This document shows positions 37,005 through 50,929 of a DNA stretch of 64,000 nt, in pieces. The translations under genes and the position numbers were made by a program. Under the pieces are notes generated by a model. That model searched no databases and was not told the DNA's origin. It worked only from the letters and a program-made list of their open reading frames with translations. Location of the stretch: the NCBI GenBank assembly GCA_964016885.1, contig OZ024743.1, positions 289,788,001-289,852,000 of the forward strand, in the 5' to 3' direction. This DNA is from Eledone cirrhosa. Lineage: Eukaryota. Positions within the stretch are counted from its first letter, which is position 1. Each line of letters opens with the position of its first letter.

Positions 37005-38269
37005 CAGAGAGAGAGCAATGGTAGTTACTGTAGTATCCTCATATTTGCTCCCTCAACCTTCCTCACCAAGAAATTATACTACGTCTCACTCATTGCTATT
37101 TAAAGTACCACTGTTATATTGCCTTTACTTTTCGGTATCATCAGGGAAGGAAAGCAGTTGCATTTGTTTTTCTCAGTACATCCGTAATAGACTGTAAGGA
37201 AGAAGATGTCTAGAGACAGGTGACCAGGCCTGGCTGGGTTCCAGTATATATGACTAATGTTTTTCCCTGTACATTTAAAAGACATCTAGATTCATTTCTG
37301 CTCTAACATACCAGATTAGCCATCTTGAAACTGCTAATATAATTTTTGATGCACCATCATTGGCCCATTAATATATGGTGAACAGACTCATTAGACTTAG
37401 AACACTCAACTCTAAAAAGATGTTCTAGCTTGGGGTTGGCTGTGATGGATTTAACACATTAAAATATAAAAGAAGAGATATTTACATATACATAACACTT
37501 TATATTCACCGTTGAAGGCATAGTTGAATATATTTCCCGTATTCGTATTTTTATCTATACGCAATTCTGTGTATTACGACATTCATGTCGGCAAACATTT
37601 ATAATATGGAAAAGATAACGAGAATTTAATAGCTGTTGACAATTGAAATTTATCTCCAATTGAATCAATGATACAATATGTCCTTAGAGATGAATATGGC
37701 GTAATACTGTGAAAGCGTAGACCAGTTCATCATCGAAGTAACCTTGGGTTGATAAATATAATTTACATATCCATATATTGTTGAGATACAAAAGTCTGAT
37801 TGTCAATCACAGTTAAAAGAATTTTAACTAATTCAGATATAAAAATAAAATGCCAGTGATTTAAAAAATAATTTTCTTACTGTATATTCATTTAAAGGCT
37901 AATATTTCTTGCTACATGTGTATCAAATAATAATCACTTCTTTACGAATTTTAAGAATTGTTGAGAGAATGAAATACGGAAGATAAGAGATAAATATAGA
38001 CTTCGTTTGCTTCGGCAAATATGTATTGTCTATTAGAGTGAGTAAATGGCGTTGATGAGATGTACATATTATCAGAAAATTGCTACATGCTCGTGACTCT
38101 GGAAAAATATCTTTAAAAAGATATTGACCCGGAAACTGCACCCCAGTCTTAACTTAATCAAATAATGGTTGGCTTTGGATGTGTAGGTTTGACAAGGACC
38201 TGGAAAATAGAGTGATAATTGAACCGTTTTATTTCCCTTCGTGTTTGTATATGCAAATATTACTCCTAG

Positions 38270-38456
38270 ATAATTGTTTCTACTTTAGGCACAAGGCCAG
38301 CAATTACCCAGTGCATTACTGGTACTTTATTTTATCGACCCTGTAAGGATGAAAGGCAAAGTCAACCTCGGCGGGATTTGAACTCAGATCATAAAGGGAC
38401 GTAACTATGCTGGAAAGCATGGCGTCCGACCCTCTACCGATACTGCCAATCCACCG
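38270..38456 (-). mobile_element. Nin-domain SINE, full length
   Basis: Near-identical to the reverse complement of 25026-25203. Confidence 0.9.
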
Positions 38457-39053
38457 ATGACCAATTAAAAGCTGACCTGTGTATGACACAGTAAATAAGG
38501 ACGAAATCGCTGGCTATTTTCCAACAATATGCTACGTTTGACCATTGCAGATATAAGACCCTTGTTTGATAAACTTGGTAGAAGGGCATACAAAATGCCT
38601 TGCTTGATTTAATTGTTTCGGTTTAAGTACGCAATTAAAATACAACAATATTAGGCTTCAGAATTTCTTTTTATAGTGTTAGCTAAATAGTATCACATGT
38701 ACGATAGGTTTGATTGAATATACTACCTAATTCACAGATGCAATAGAGACAGGAAGCTACAAACCTTATCATCATCAGTGTAATTCCCAGACATCATCTG
38801 CCAACAGTGCAGTAACGGCCTCCTCAAGCGGTCGCCAAAGTTTCATATCCTATTCCACTATCACCCATGCAACACCCTCAAACTTATCATCTCATCTATT
38901 TGGCTTAACCCCTGTAGTCAGCGACTACGTGAAAGTGTCCCCTTTGGATCCCATTACATAGTTAACATTGTCCATCTGTTATCATTGGCTCGTGAATCGT
39001 GTCCTACCTATTTCCATTTTCTCTTACTACTATTTTATGTTGTCAAGTACATT

Positions 39054-39103
<50 letters not shown>

Positions 39104-39106
39104 TTC

Positions 39107-39156
<50 letters not shown>

Positions 39157-39304
39157 ACTCTCTCTCTTGTCCGTTGATAAGATTTCTGTGCTTTTTACTG
39201 ATTGTTAATTTGCATCTTTCCATATCGATTTGTTTTGTTCAAACATACGGTTTCATCATTTAAATTCATACATTCATAATCTACTGTTTTACCAAATCCT
39301 AAAA

Positions 39305-39490
39305 TAATTGTTTCTCCTATTGGCACAAGGCCAGCAATTACCCCAGTGCATTACTGGTACTTTATTTTATCGACCCCGTAAGGATAAAAGGCAAAGTTAA
39401 CCTCCGCGGGATTTGAACTCAGACCATAAAGGGGCGTAATTCTATGCCGGAAAGCATGGCGTCCGACCCTCTACCGATACTGCCAATTCA
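39305..39490 (-). mobile_element. Nin-domain SINE, full length
   Basis: Same consensus as 38270-38456. Confidence 0.9.
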
Positions 39491-41217
39491 ATGAAAGGTG
39501 ACTTCAAACTAAGTCGTACTTGAAGTCAAATCGCAAAGAAAGAAATTGAAAGATATGATTCTTTTTTTTTAATTCCGGGGCTTGAAAGTGCTGTCAAATA
39601 TTGAAATCGCCGCCTAATAACTGAAAAAAAGGAACATGGCGTAAACTGGTTACAGTAGTTGTGGACACATCCACATTTTCCTCGTAACGTAGGGCCCATT
39701 TTAGCCCTGTAAAAGTTCAGGGTCGACGGAAGTTGTGTGAAACCCTTTGGATTGATTGTAACCCTAATTCAAAGAGACAGCCTTGTAACATTGTATAATG
39801 CTGATTCTGTCTGAAAGTTACGTTACGTGTACGCCTATCTGTGGAATACTCAGCAACGTTAATTCATTTGTCGAATGCTCATTTAATCAAACGACTGAAT
39901 CCTTGTAGTCGAAAGCAACGGATGATCCACCATACTATGAAAATAAAATAGGGATTACCTACGAAGATAATTCCATGGATCACACGAAATGGAGCTGAAA
40001 AAACTCATAGCGGCAATATCAAACAAAATGATATTTCCAATCACTTTCTTCCTAACTCATAACCAACAACACCATATGTAATTCTAAATTTACAAAATTT
40101 ACTATATGAAACAAAAGAAACTACGCTATTCGAATTCTGATAGAGTTACCACCCAAAACTTAAACAGCGTATCGCATTTTATTATGTTGTTCTTTACTTT
40201 CCTCTGTCTATTCTATTGTTCCCTATGTCATTCTCTTTCCCTATTTTTTCTTTTTTTTTAGTGTTATTTCTTTGCAAAATTATTTCTAAGAAACATGGTG
40301 ATGCACCTCCCTTAAACTCATATGCGTAAACTTATATGAACATAAATACTACCAGAAAAATCCTTGGGAAAATGCTAAACTAACGCATGGTACATTCATA
40401 CTACCAAATGCGACATAGAGGCAGACGTATATGCATTGTAACGCAAAATATAACATCGTTGCTAGATGGTACAAAATAAATGGAACTTTGTCAACCGCTA
40501 AGAATTGACAGAGGGAATAAACGACAACAGAGGTAAGAGCCACGAAATAACTATATAAAATATAGAAAAAGTTACAAGAAAAAAAACATCAACACACAAA
40601 AGAACTATAACAATAAAATTAATATTACCGTACAAAATAATAAAAACAAAATCAAAATAGCTAACTAACTGTATTAACAAGGAACATCAAACGGAAAACA
40701 GCCAAATCCCGACAATATGCGAAAGTAGAGAGAAAAACGCCGCAATAGCGCGTAGTAAGCACTAATAAACGCTAAAACCACTTATTTCCACACCAAAGTA
40801 ACGAAAAGTACATTATATTACGCTTGTTTTGTTTGGTTTTCTCTTATTCTCAATATTTCCTTGTTGTGGTTTTATTCCTTTTGGTGTTATATTTTAGCTT
40901 TTGCATTCTGCATTCTTTCTTTTGTTTTTATCGAAAATGAAAGTAGCTGCTAATATATATCTAGTAGACTATATACAGAAATTTAAGCTTTTCATAGTTG
41001 CTGTTGAATTTACATCTAAACACCATTCCTTTTATCTTTATTGATGCAGCCTCATCTAAGACTATTATAATATCTCCTTCTCATTTCTCTCTCACTCTCC
41101 CCCTCTCTCTCTGTTTATATATATATATATATACAGGCACACTAGCAGAAACATACTCTCACTCACTAACACACAAACACTTATATGTGTATGTATATAT
41201 ATATATATATACATATA

Positions 41218-41309
<92 letters not shown>

Positions 41310-41686
41310 TAGGAAACGATGTTACTCGTACCGCTATTTATCTACCTATTTGGGACTGGAATAATGGTAGCAAACGTCTAGAGGCGGAATATAGTCGTAT
41401 AGAAATACCAATGGTGGACGGACTCTTTGTTCTTTTTCTTTATATTCAGAAATACACACACACAAGCATGCGCCCATCTACCACCACAACCTCTCAAATA
41501 TTCACCCATCCACTCATATATATTGATGTGTGTATGTTTGTCTATTTATGCATATTTATGAATATATATATATATACTCACACTCACAAACACACACACA
41601 TACACGCACACGTACACACACACACACACATATATATGGAATGTAGAAAAGTGACATATACTATATGTATATCTATATATATGTAT

Positions 41687-41739
<53 letters not shown>

Positions 41740-42369
41740 TGTATATGTATATATGAATATATATATAATGTATGTATATATATATATGTATATGTATATA
41801 TGTATATATATATATATATATGATGTATGTATATATATATATATATATGTGTACATGTTTGTATGTGTGTGTGTGTAGTTATGTGATAACTATATTCTAC
41901 GTCAATAATTTCACTAGAGAGAAACGAGACATTAGCCTATATAATTATTGTCACGTTAAAGATGGCGGCCTTAGACTATGAAGACATCGGCGTCGGCCAG
42001 AATAACGATGATGATGATTAACATAATGGTGGCGATACTAATGATTTTGAGGAGGATCAATAATCTACAGTTTATAATTATGATGGTAATGATTGGGTTG
42101 ATGTAGGTTATGTTAATGATACTTTATTAATGAATATATTGATAATAATACTGATGCTACTGATAATTATGAGAAGATGAAGGACTTGTGATGACCATAA
42201 ATATGATAATGTTGATAATATTATTAATAGGGTTGCTGCTAATGATGTCATTATTCATGCAGCTAGATGTATGTGGGGAGATGAAATGTCTATTCGATTG
42301 ACACACACACACAGACAAACACACACGCACTCACACAATCATACATACACACACATTTATATATAAGTA

Positions 42370-42961
42370 TCTATATCTATAGCTCTAGATAATTATCTAT
42401 ATTTATATCTATATAAAATATAACAGATTGGAACTCCCATCATCTTTTTTAAGATACGTGGACCAACCACATCTATGCAATGACACATGCTTTACAATCA
42501 GGCGGAAGATGAACCACCTCCTGGAAGGAATCAGCAAGGAGAAAATGCATTTATTCTCAAGATTCATCTCATCCCTTTCCTCTACCGAACTGCCATTCAC
42601 ATTCTCAAAACTTCAGTTGCCTGTTAGAGCCAGTTTTACTCTGACCTAAATAAAGCTCCGGCTCAGAGTTTCAAAGCTGCAGAATTGAATATCAAAGAAT
42701 CATGTTTACACATGGACAGTTATATGTAGGTTATACACGAGTGGAAACACCTAGAAATCTTCATATACTCAGCACCAACGTTAAAACGAAGAATCTTTTG
42801 TATCTGGAAGATTTTTGACTGTTTTGTTGGGTTTTTTTGTCACACATACCAGTCTTGCCTTACTGTAAACCAGACAATGCATCCAATACAGTCGTTTCCT
42901 TTTCTACTTATTTTGTCTTCTCTTATTTGTTTACCCGGGCGAAGCTGGTTACGTCAGCTAG
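42370..42961 (+). mobile_element. Internally deleted Helitron retaining the Pif1-like helicase C-terminus and the 3' terminus
   Basis: Frameshifted FLRYVDQPHLCNDT, TELPFTFSKLQLPVRASFTLT, NKAPAQS, HGQLYVGYTRV, KTKNLLY. 5' TCTATA repeats; 3' hairpin CCGGGCGAAGCTGG then CAGCTAG/T at 42961. Confidence 0.85.
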
Positions 42962-43699
42962 TTTAGAATAAGAAACATGGTTTGTTTAAATACGTATTCC
43001 TCCACCAAATATATGTATAGAATGCACGTAACGCAAATTCCCTCCACATTCTGTACTGGATACTCTCTCCATTTGGCTTTGATTGACTAGGCTTTTATTG
43101 TTGAATGTTGGCGGGATTTGATCTTAAAATGCACACAACTGAAATATATAAAACTAAGCATATCTACCCAACGAACATACAACTCTGGAAGACTACTTGA
43201 CTTATCGAATTGTAAAGAATGAACGGGATTTAACACCAAACGCAAACAAACGAAATATATCTTGCGAAGCAATTAACCCGGATCTTTAACAACTCTGTCA
43301 ATTCTCATATTTCGCACAACCAGTCACATTTCTTGCCGTGTAAAATGTGATATAATTTGCGGTATATATCTAAGCAGGGAGGCAACATGCCTGAAAGGTT
43401 TAGGCCTTTGCCTCACAACAATAATTTTCTGGCTTAAGTCTCTTTCCGCAGTATCTAAAGTGTCTTTTATTATAACGGGTAACCCCCAAACTTGTTATTT
43501 ATATATATATAGGTTTTCAGAAAGTATTTGAAAGTCCGACTGATGAATTATACATGTAATAGTGTAACTTTCAATTTCTCTTAGATTAGTCCTAGATATG
43601 ACAACAGATTTAGGCTTTGCAGAATAAACATCGAGGATGTCTCCTACAGCATGAAAAACTATTGAAAGACATCATTTCGTTAATATCTACCAATGAGAC

Positions 43700-45600
43700 A
43701 ATGTTACGTGCTTAAAACACTACATAATGCAATGCAGAGAAAGGAAAGCATACTCCTGAAAATAACTGAAATATATCATTTATCCGAACGCAAATAGTGG
43801 CACATTCGTATAAAGACATCAGAGCAGAAAGCAGCTGACCATCGATTCCATACTCCTGCACAACCTTCCACAGCAGATCCCGAGGCATGCAGTCATATGC
43901 CTTTTCAATGTCGACAAAACAAATATATCTCTTGGCAATACGCCCACGAGCATTGTGAATATGTGGTCGGTTGTGCTGCGTCAGGAGCGAAGGCTGCACT
44001 GTTCACCAGGTCGCTTAGACTCGAAAATCATCCTGCATCTATTTGCCAGACACTTAGCGTATAATCTACTGGGTAGGTTTTACAATGAGTTTCCTCTGTA
44101 ATTGGAGCAATTTCTATTGTCTCCCATTTTGAAAATTGGGATTACCACACCCGATTGTCATTGCATGTGTTCCTTTCCAGATATCCAGGCCACCCGTCAC
44201 ATATGACTCAGCTAGAGAATACCTTCTCTATTTAATAATTTTTCTCATGGTGGGCCGGATTTCATCTTCTCCAGTAGTCTTGCCACATTTGAACTCTTTA
44301 TCTGCTCTTGTGACTTCAGCCTCTCAGAGATTAATCACTACTCCCAGATGCACCTCGTGTACATCAGAATATGCTGTCATGATTGCGTTTAGGAGTTCAG
44401 TATAGTAATCTCTGTACCTCAAGAGGATGATCCTCTCTGAAGAGAGGAAAACTCTAGACGCTTTCTTGATAGCAGGTGTGGAAGATGGCTTCTTATTACG
44501 AATTCGGCGGATGATATGCCAGAAAAATTCATTTACCGATCTGAAGTCGGATTCCAGTTTAACTCCAAGGTCCTCCCATGTCTTCACGCTGGACGCTTAA
44601 CCCGGATCTTAACAAGTGTTCTTGCTGAGATCTTTCGTGCTTGCTTGTACAGCAAGCGCAAGTAGGAGGTGTTATTTTCCAGCCAAGCTTTGGCTTTGTA
44701 GATCTTCTTTGCAGGGTTGGTATTTTTGACCTCTTGATTCAAGCAATTGGTCCTCCTGTCATCCGGCGCTTCACCAACCGTCTATCGCACGAGGCATTTA
44801 ACAGCTGAAGCAGAAACTACTGAGCTGAACAACCTCTACTCTGATTCAACGTCGTCAGTTTGCTCAGGCAGTTCTCTGAATTTGGAATTAATAGTAACTG
44901 CATACCTGGTCCTGACTTACTTATCCACCAATGCTTCCCAATTTATCCGGTAGGTTGCCCTGAACCTGACAGATTTGTGTGCCTCTCTGGCTTTAGGTAG
45001 TCTTAAATTGCATATCAATAGAGAGTGACCAGTTGACAGCCCAGCCCCTCTCTTAACACGAAGACTCAGCACAGAATCGAAGAAATCAGAGATAATAACA
45101 AAATCAATTATTGATCTTATATTCCTGATTCCCCTTATACCATGTATATTTATGGATGCCTCTATGTTGGAAGAAGGTGTGTATAATTGAGAGTACATTG
45201 CGAGAACAGAAGTCTAATAAGGCCTCTCCCTTATTATCTAGATCGTGATCGTCAATCCTTCCAATTGCTCCCTTTCCTTGTTAGGTGGTGAGTACCAACA
45301 TTTGTATTTAAGACAGCCACCAGGATATATAACTAAGTCATAACTACATCTAACACTGTGATAGTGTCATCAAGTAACGACCTGTATTCTAACCCCTTGT
45401 TTGGTGCATAAACTAGCACCACCCACGGAGACATAAAATTGAGCTTAAGCCTCAAGAAGCAAATCCTCTCTCCTAATAGGATCCAGTCGATAACACATGT
45501 TCACATATCCGGGGTCTCATGAGTATCCCCACTCCCACCTCTGCAGTCATTTCTGGCACCACACCTTAATAGCGGAGTTTCCATGCTTTTGGGCCACCCT
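43700..45600 (-). mobile_element. Degenerate RTE LINE (AP endonuclease to RT)
   Basis: RSIIDFVIIS..VKRGAGLSTGHSLL, WEDLGVKLESDF..FWHIIRRIR, CFVDIEKAYD.MPRDLLWKVVQEYGIDGQLL. Confidence 0.85.
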
Positions 45601-48600
45601 ATATATATATAAGAAAGAAAATTACACAAGATACGAACATTATTTACATCGCTCCGCTAATGAACTGTGTCTTTATAATGATTGCTACTTACTGCATTAT
45701 GTTCTCGCGGTGGAGTGGCTATTCCTTCAATTTATAGATCCTGGCCTTATAAACATTCGGTCACGTGATTTAAACAAATAAATTCCTCAACGAGTCATTG
45801 ATTAAGCGGCACTTTTGGCTAACAAGTGGCTAGTCAAAGGAAACTTTCATGGATGTCACAGAACGATTGGGTAAATTTCATCTTTATAAATGTCGATTTG
45901 CTGTAGATTCTTACATAGTAAACACGGCGAAAATGCATCAATGTACTACTTCACGACTATTTATTGCTGGGAAATGCTAATGTCCAACAAATCAAATATA
46001 TCAATCGATCGGATATTTAAAGAGTAAACATCGATTTTGTTCTCTGGTTACTGTATTTCATCGATGTACAGGTCCATATGTGTCTTATAGGTACGGGTCG
46101 ATTTTTTTATGTATATTAACTTTAGTCGTTCTGAACGTATGTATATGTGCTGATCAGTGGTGTTCCTGTCTTTGGTGGGGAATATAAATGATACTGATTT
46201 ATCTAATTCAGGAGGAATCTTCACACTTTTCAGAACAAATGAGTTCGTCTCTTATGTAAACTACAGCATCTTGGGTTACAGGGGAATGTACTTCTTTCGA
46301 CTATATATAACATTTTTGATTTTGGGGAAACTTAATGAGATTTCAAAGCCCACAACATGTATTTACAAACAACTAAAATCTTTTTTTGTTGGGGAGGGGT
46401 ATGTTGGCCATGCTAGACAGCTTAATATTCCAAAATGAGAATTCATTTTCCTGTCAGCATTCGTCCAGACTGCCAGCGTAAGTTAATTTTTACCTTGCGG
46501 CAGAGCAAACTTTTTAAACTTTAGAGGTGAAAAATGAAAACTAAAAATGCATGACCAGTTTCATTTTGCTACTCTAACAAAGTTAGATTCTGATGAAAAC
46601 TAGACTCCACAATTCCTGTCTTACCACGACCACATACTCTCTTATTCACATCTGAGGCACACATTCCCTAACGCCTAGACAGTTCATTCCTGTCCAAGTT
46701 ATACTTCCTATTTAATTTCCACTTTAAAGACCGTGTCTGTGTACATAAAAATGGCACTTCCCTGACGAGAACTCTTTCATCTGAGTGCTGACAACCAGGA
46801 ATCGTTTCAACATACACTTGCATAAAACATAATTATCTCCCTCCTCTCATCTCGGGATGTCGTCACTCACAAAAGCAACATGCTCTAACACATAGTCTAG
46901 TTTATCTGCGTCTCCTGATGAACATGCGCCTACTTGGTCACTAGCACTACTAAAAAGAGTGACCAAGTATAATTACACCACACATTGGGTTAAGAAGAAT
47001 GTAGCGGGAGATAATTGCAGCTTGATCGTGGATAGAATGCTTTGATCATAGGTCTGTTTGACTAAGGTTGACCTGGTATGTATGAACAGCACTAGCGATC
47101 AAATATAGACTTACCCAGCTAAAAAGAGGTAACGTATTTCTCAAGGGTATACTGCAAGATCTGTGAAAATGTCAACATTGCGATCTAAAACATTATTAGC
47201 TGACCATTTCTAATTAAATACCAGGTATGTTATGTATAAAATATAACTATATATTCTTTCCAATCAGTACAGATATATTAAAAAATAACAGGACACTTGA
47301 AATCTAAGGACTTCCCAGTATTATCATAAATATTCAGATATGTAATACCAGATGTATGTATGGTGCATTCGTCATATCAAAGATGATTAATAGAGAAATA
47401 TCATTTCACAACGGCCTCTGTTGTGACTTGTGCCTTTGGACCCCAGACTATCGCTTTCCTTTATCAAATCATGTTCGAGGATGGAATCAAGCAGGGTGGA
47501 ATGGCAACGCTTTTGCAATTTTATTTGCAGAAATATGCTGTTCAACCGAGGGTGTCGAATAAATATTTTATTTTTGTTTATTCAATATGTATTTGAAAAG
47601 CAAATGTATTAATTGTTATGAGTGTTATATGCGAAAGCAAATTCCTTTATTTTTCGTGATGGAATATACAAAGTTAATGTGACTTCTTTTGCCAAACGGT
47701 AGATAAAATAAAGAGGACAGCTTCAAATGTTTTTCCAGACATACAACGAATCTCCGAAAACTTATTTAAATACAGAACCAGAGGTCTGATGCTTTAAAAC
47801 ACTCATAACATGTCGATTACGTCGCTACAATAGAAATACAAGTTCTATTGACCTCAATACTTATTTTGATTCTGAGGGTACCCTTCATTTTCGAGGCCGT
47901 GTTTGACTTGCAAATAATTCTAGAAAGAGCATTTATGACGTTTGTCGAATAAGTGCATTTATATTTGTGAGCCTTCACATAAATTGTTTTGTAAGTGAAA
48001 TATTCTAGAGTGAAGGAAGAAGACCTGAATAGTATTACAGCTTACCATAAAAACATTCTTCTTTATTCGTGTACTTTTGGCATACACAGAAGTTTTATGA
48101 GAATTCAAATATTTATAAATAAGGTAATGTATAATTGCTATCATAACTTTTTTATGTCTCTTCCTCAAACAAAAAATATTAATACATTCAGCAGAGTTAT
48201 ATTTCTTATTTATTTCAGTGTATTCCCTGAGGTAAAAAGCTTAAATAAAAGGAAGTTAACCATAAAATCATGTTTGTATAATGTTTCCTGTAATATGTCT
48301 CTAAAATTATGTGTCGTATGATTCGTCTAATACGTTTATGGCATTAGCAATGAAATCTCTTTGGCGATATTATAGTTTTAACTGTAAGCAAATAGAACAA
48401 GATCTAGATAATTTCCTCTCACTATTCTGATTTTTTTCCTATATACCGATTTTATAACACCAATATTGTTAGAGTCCAAGCTGTTTTCTTGCATTTGAAA
48501 TCATGGTCAATGTATTTGCCAGGCAAACAGAAGTAGAACGTAATTGAGAGAAAAGCTGTAGTCGAATATATGAGGAAGATAAATTCCGCTAGATGAGTGT

Positions 48601-48786
48601 GCGTCATATGTCACACACTGACTTGTTGTGTATGGTAGTTAATTCTACTTGGCTAATATAAATCACTCCTGGTTGTTTTTAAAGGTAACATAGACTATAC
48701 TTCAAATAATACCGCATATATGTAAATTCTATACAAAAATGCAAGACAAAATACGATCTCTGACGAATATAAATACATAAATAAAT

Positions 48787-48829
<43 letters not shown>

Positions 48830-48832
<3 letters not shown>

Positions 48833-49364
48833 TAGGTAGTAACATGTGCTTACGCCGTATTTGACTGCATAGAATTAGTTTGTTAGTTGGGATCTTATGG
48901 TAACACATTGGTCCGGCAAACCAAAGACGTGGTTTCGAGTCTCATGTACGTCAATACTTATCCTTTTTTCCACTCGGAGGGTTTTTTAAAATACCAACTA
49001 ACAGACTAATTCTATATAGTCAATACGGCATAAGCACATGTTACTACCTAATTTCAAATTCGCTACCCGTTTGTAAACAAAAGCCTGCTTTGTGTCTCGC
49101 TATTCATATATATAGATATACTTGCTATGGCTATATAGCTTATAATTGAATGGATGGAAGCATGGTTGCCGTGTTGGTGTAATGGTAACATATTCGTCGG
49201 GCAAACCAAAGATGTGCTTCATGCCCCATGCACTCATTCTTTTTTTTTCATTCAGAGGGTTTTTTTTAAATCGCAACTAATAGATTAATTCAATACGGCC
49301 TTAAGCACAAGTTACTACCTAATTTTCAAATACGCTAGCCGTTTCTAAACAGAGCGTGCTTTGT

Positions 49365-49370
<6 letters not shown>
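48830..49370. repeat. tRNA-like-headed unit in tandem (48885-49100, 49165-49370) with an inverted 60-bp copy of its tail at 48830-48890
   Basis: ATGGTAACA(C/T)ATT.GTC.GGCAAACCAAAGA.GTG occurs twice; ATTAGGTAGTAACATGTGCTTA..GTTAGTTGG is the reverse complement of CCAACTAAC..TAAGCACATGTTACTACCTAAT. Confidence 0.75.
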
Positions 49371-49426
<56 letters not shown>

Positions 49427-49431
49427 CTCTC

Positions 49432-49530
<99 letters not shown>

Positions 49531-49574
49531 GGGAGAGAGAGAGAGATAAGATAGGGTGTAGTAAAAGCCAGCTC

Positions 49575-50166
49575 GACCATCAGTGTACTCGATACTTGGG
49601 GTTGTAGAGTGGGTAACTTGAAAAGATTCAGGAACCCAACTTCTGAGCTCCTGCCGTTTTGACTGTTTTTTTTCTTTGTGAACCTAATGTAGATAAGTAT
49701 AATGCCATTGTTATAGATTAGAACTATTTGATAAGGTAGAATTCTCTCTTAATTGTGCGTGTGCTCTACTGACTAACTTATCATCATCAGGTCAATAGGC
49801 ATAGTCACCCATTTCCTGCTAATTTTCGTCCTGTCAAGCCACTTTCCTTGCCATTGTAAGAAAACTAGATAATTCAAGACATTTATCACGATATAGCAGG
49901 ACTAAACCAGTTATCTTTACAAAGTCGTACATTTGAACAAATGTACCCCAACCCGATCACTGACCATTCCCGGAGAAAAACAAAAACAAAAAAAAAACAA
50001 GAGAACTTTAAAGATTTTTTTTGCGTAGACTGTCTGACCATATATGGACTATATCCTTTGAGGTGTTCAGCTAGATTCCCACCGCTCGAATACTGGCGTT
50101 TTAGTTCGGATCTAGCTATCGAAACGGCCCCGGAGCTCAGCTGTCGGGATCCTGAATCTGTTCATA
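49575..50166 (+). repeat. Family-B fold-back element split by an insertion of about 430 bp (49666-50100)
   Basis: Leader CTCGATACTTGGGGTTGTAGAGTGGG plus left arm to ..CCGTTTTGACTG; right arm TTAGTTCGGATCTAGCTATCGAAACGG..CCTGAATC..TTCATA then (TA)n. Confidence 0.7.
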
Positions 50167-50514
50167 TATATATATATATATATAGAATATATATATATTA
50201 TATATATATATGTATATATATATATATTTATATATATATATACTAAATATGTTCACTTTTCTCCTAGTTTATTTTACACCTAATTCTGTTTAATTGACTG
50301 TATATCTGGGCGATCCATACACGCTGTCGAAATACTCGATAAATATTCCGTCGCAACTGACGCGAAGGGCTGCTTTCGGTTATTTGTCGGAGATTTCTTC
50401 ATAGAAGCCTTTATTCTTATAGCTTGGTCTAATCGATTTTTTATATGGTTAATTATGCTAATTGGGAGAGGAAATGGTATATATTTTATCTGGTGATTCT
50501 ATAGACATGTTTTA

Positions 50515-50556
<42 letters not shown>

Positions 50557-50929
50557 GGGAGGGGTGCGCGTGTAGGTCTGAGTAATAATATAACGTAAGT
50601 GGGCTAGATAATCTAGTTCTAATGAAGTACAAGTTGTGTATGTTTGTTGTATATTTGATAGTTCATACAATCATCGCACATTCGCACATGCGGTAAAACA
50701 CACATGTATTTAGTATTCGAGTACAAATAGATTCTCCACTCTTCCTACCTCATACACCTACCCAGACCAGCATAAACCTATATAAATATCCCTGATTCAC
50801 GCACAAGGTACAGTCACATGAAGTGTGCAAAGGACTATTCGAAATAACAGTAACTTTTCTAATCAAAACATAGCATTTGCACCATACTTATACCAAGGAA
50901 ACGTTCATTTAATTTTTAGATAAAATGGA

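Noticed and set aside
40130-40180. CTGATAG-agtt..aact-TAAA-cagcg-TA hammerhead-like layout
   Set aside because: Several core mismatches and weak stem I; cannot be distinguished from chance.
43525-43570. CTGATGA followed by a small hairpin
   Set aside because: No GAAA or stem I partner downstream, so not a hammerhead.
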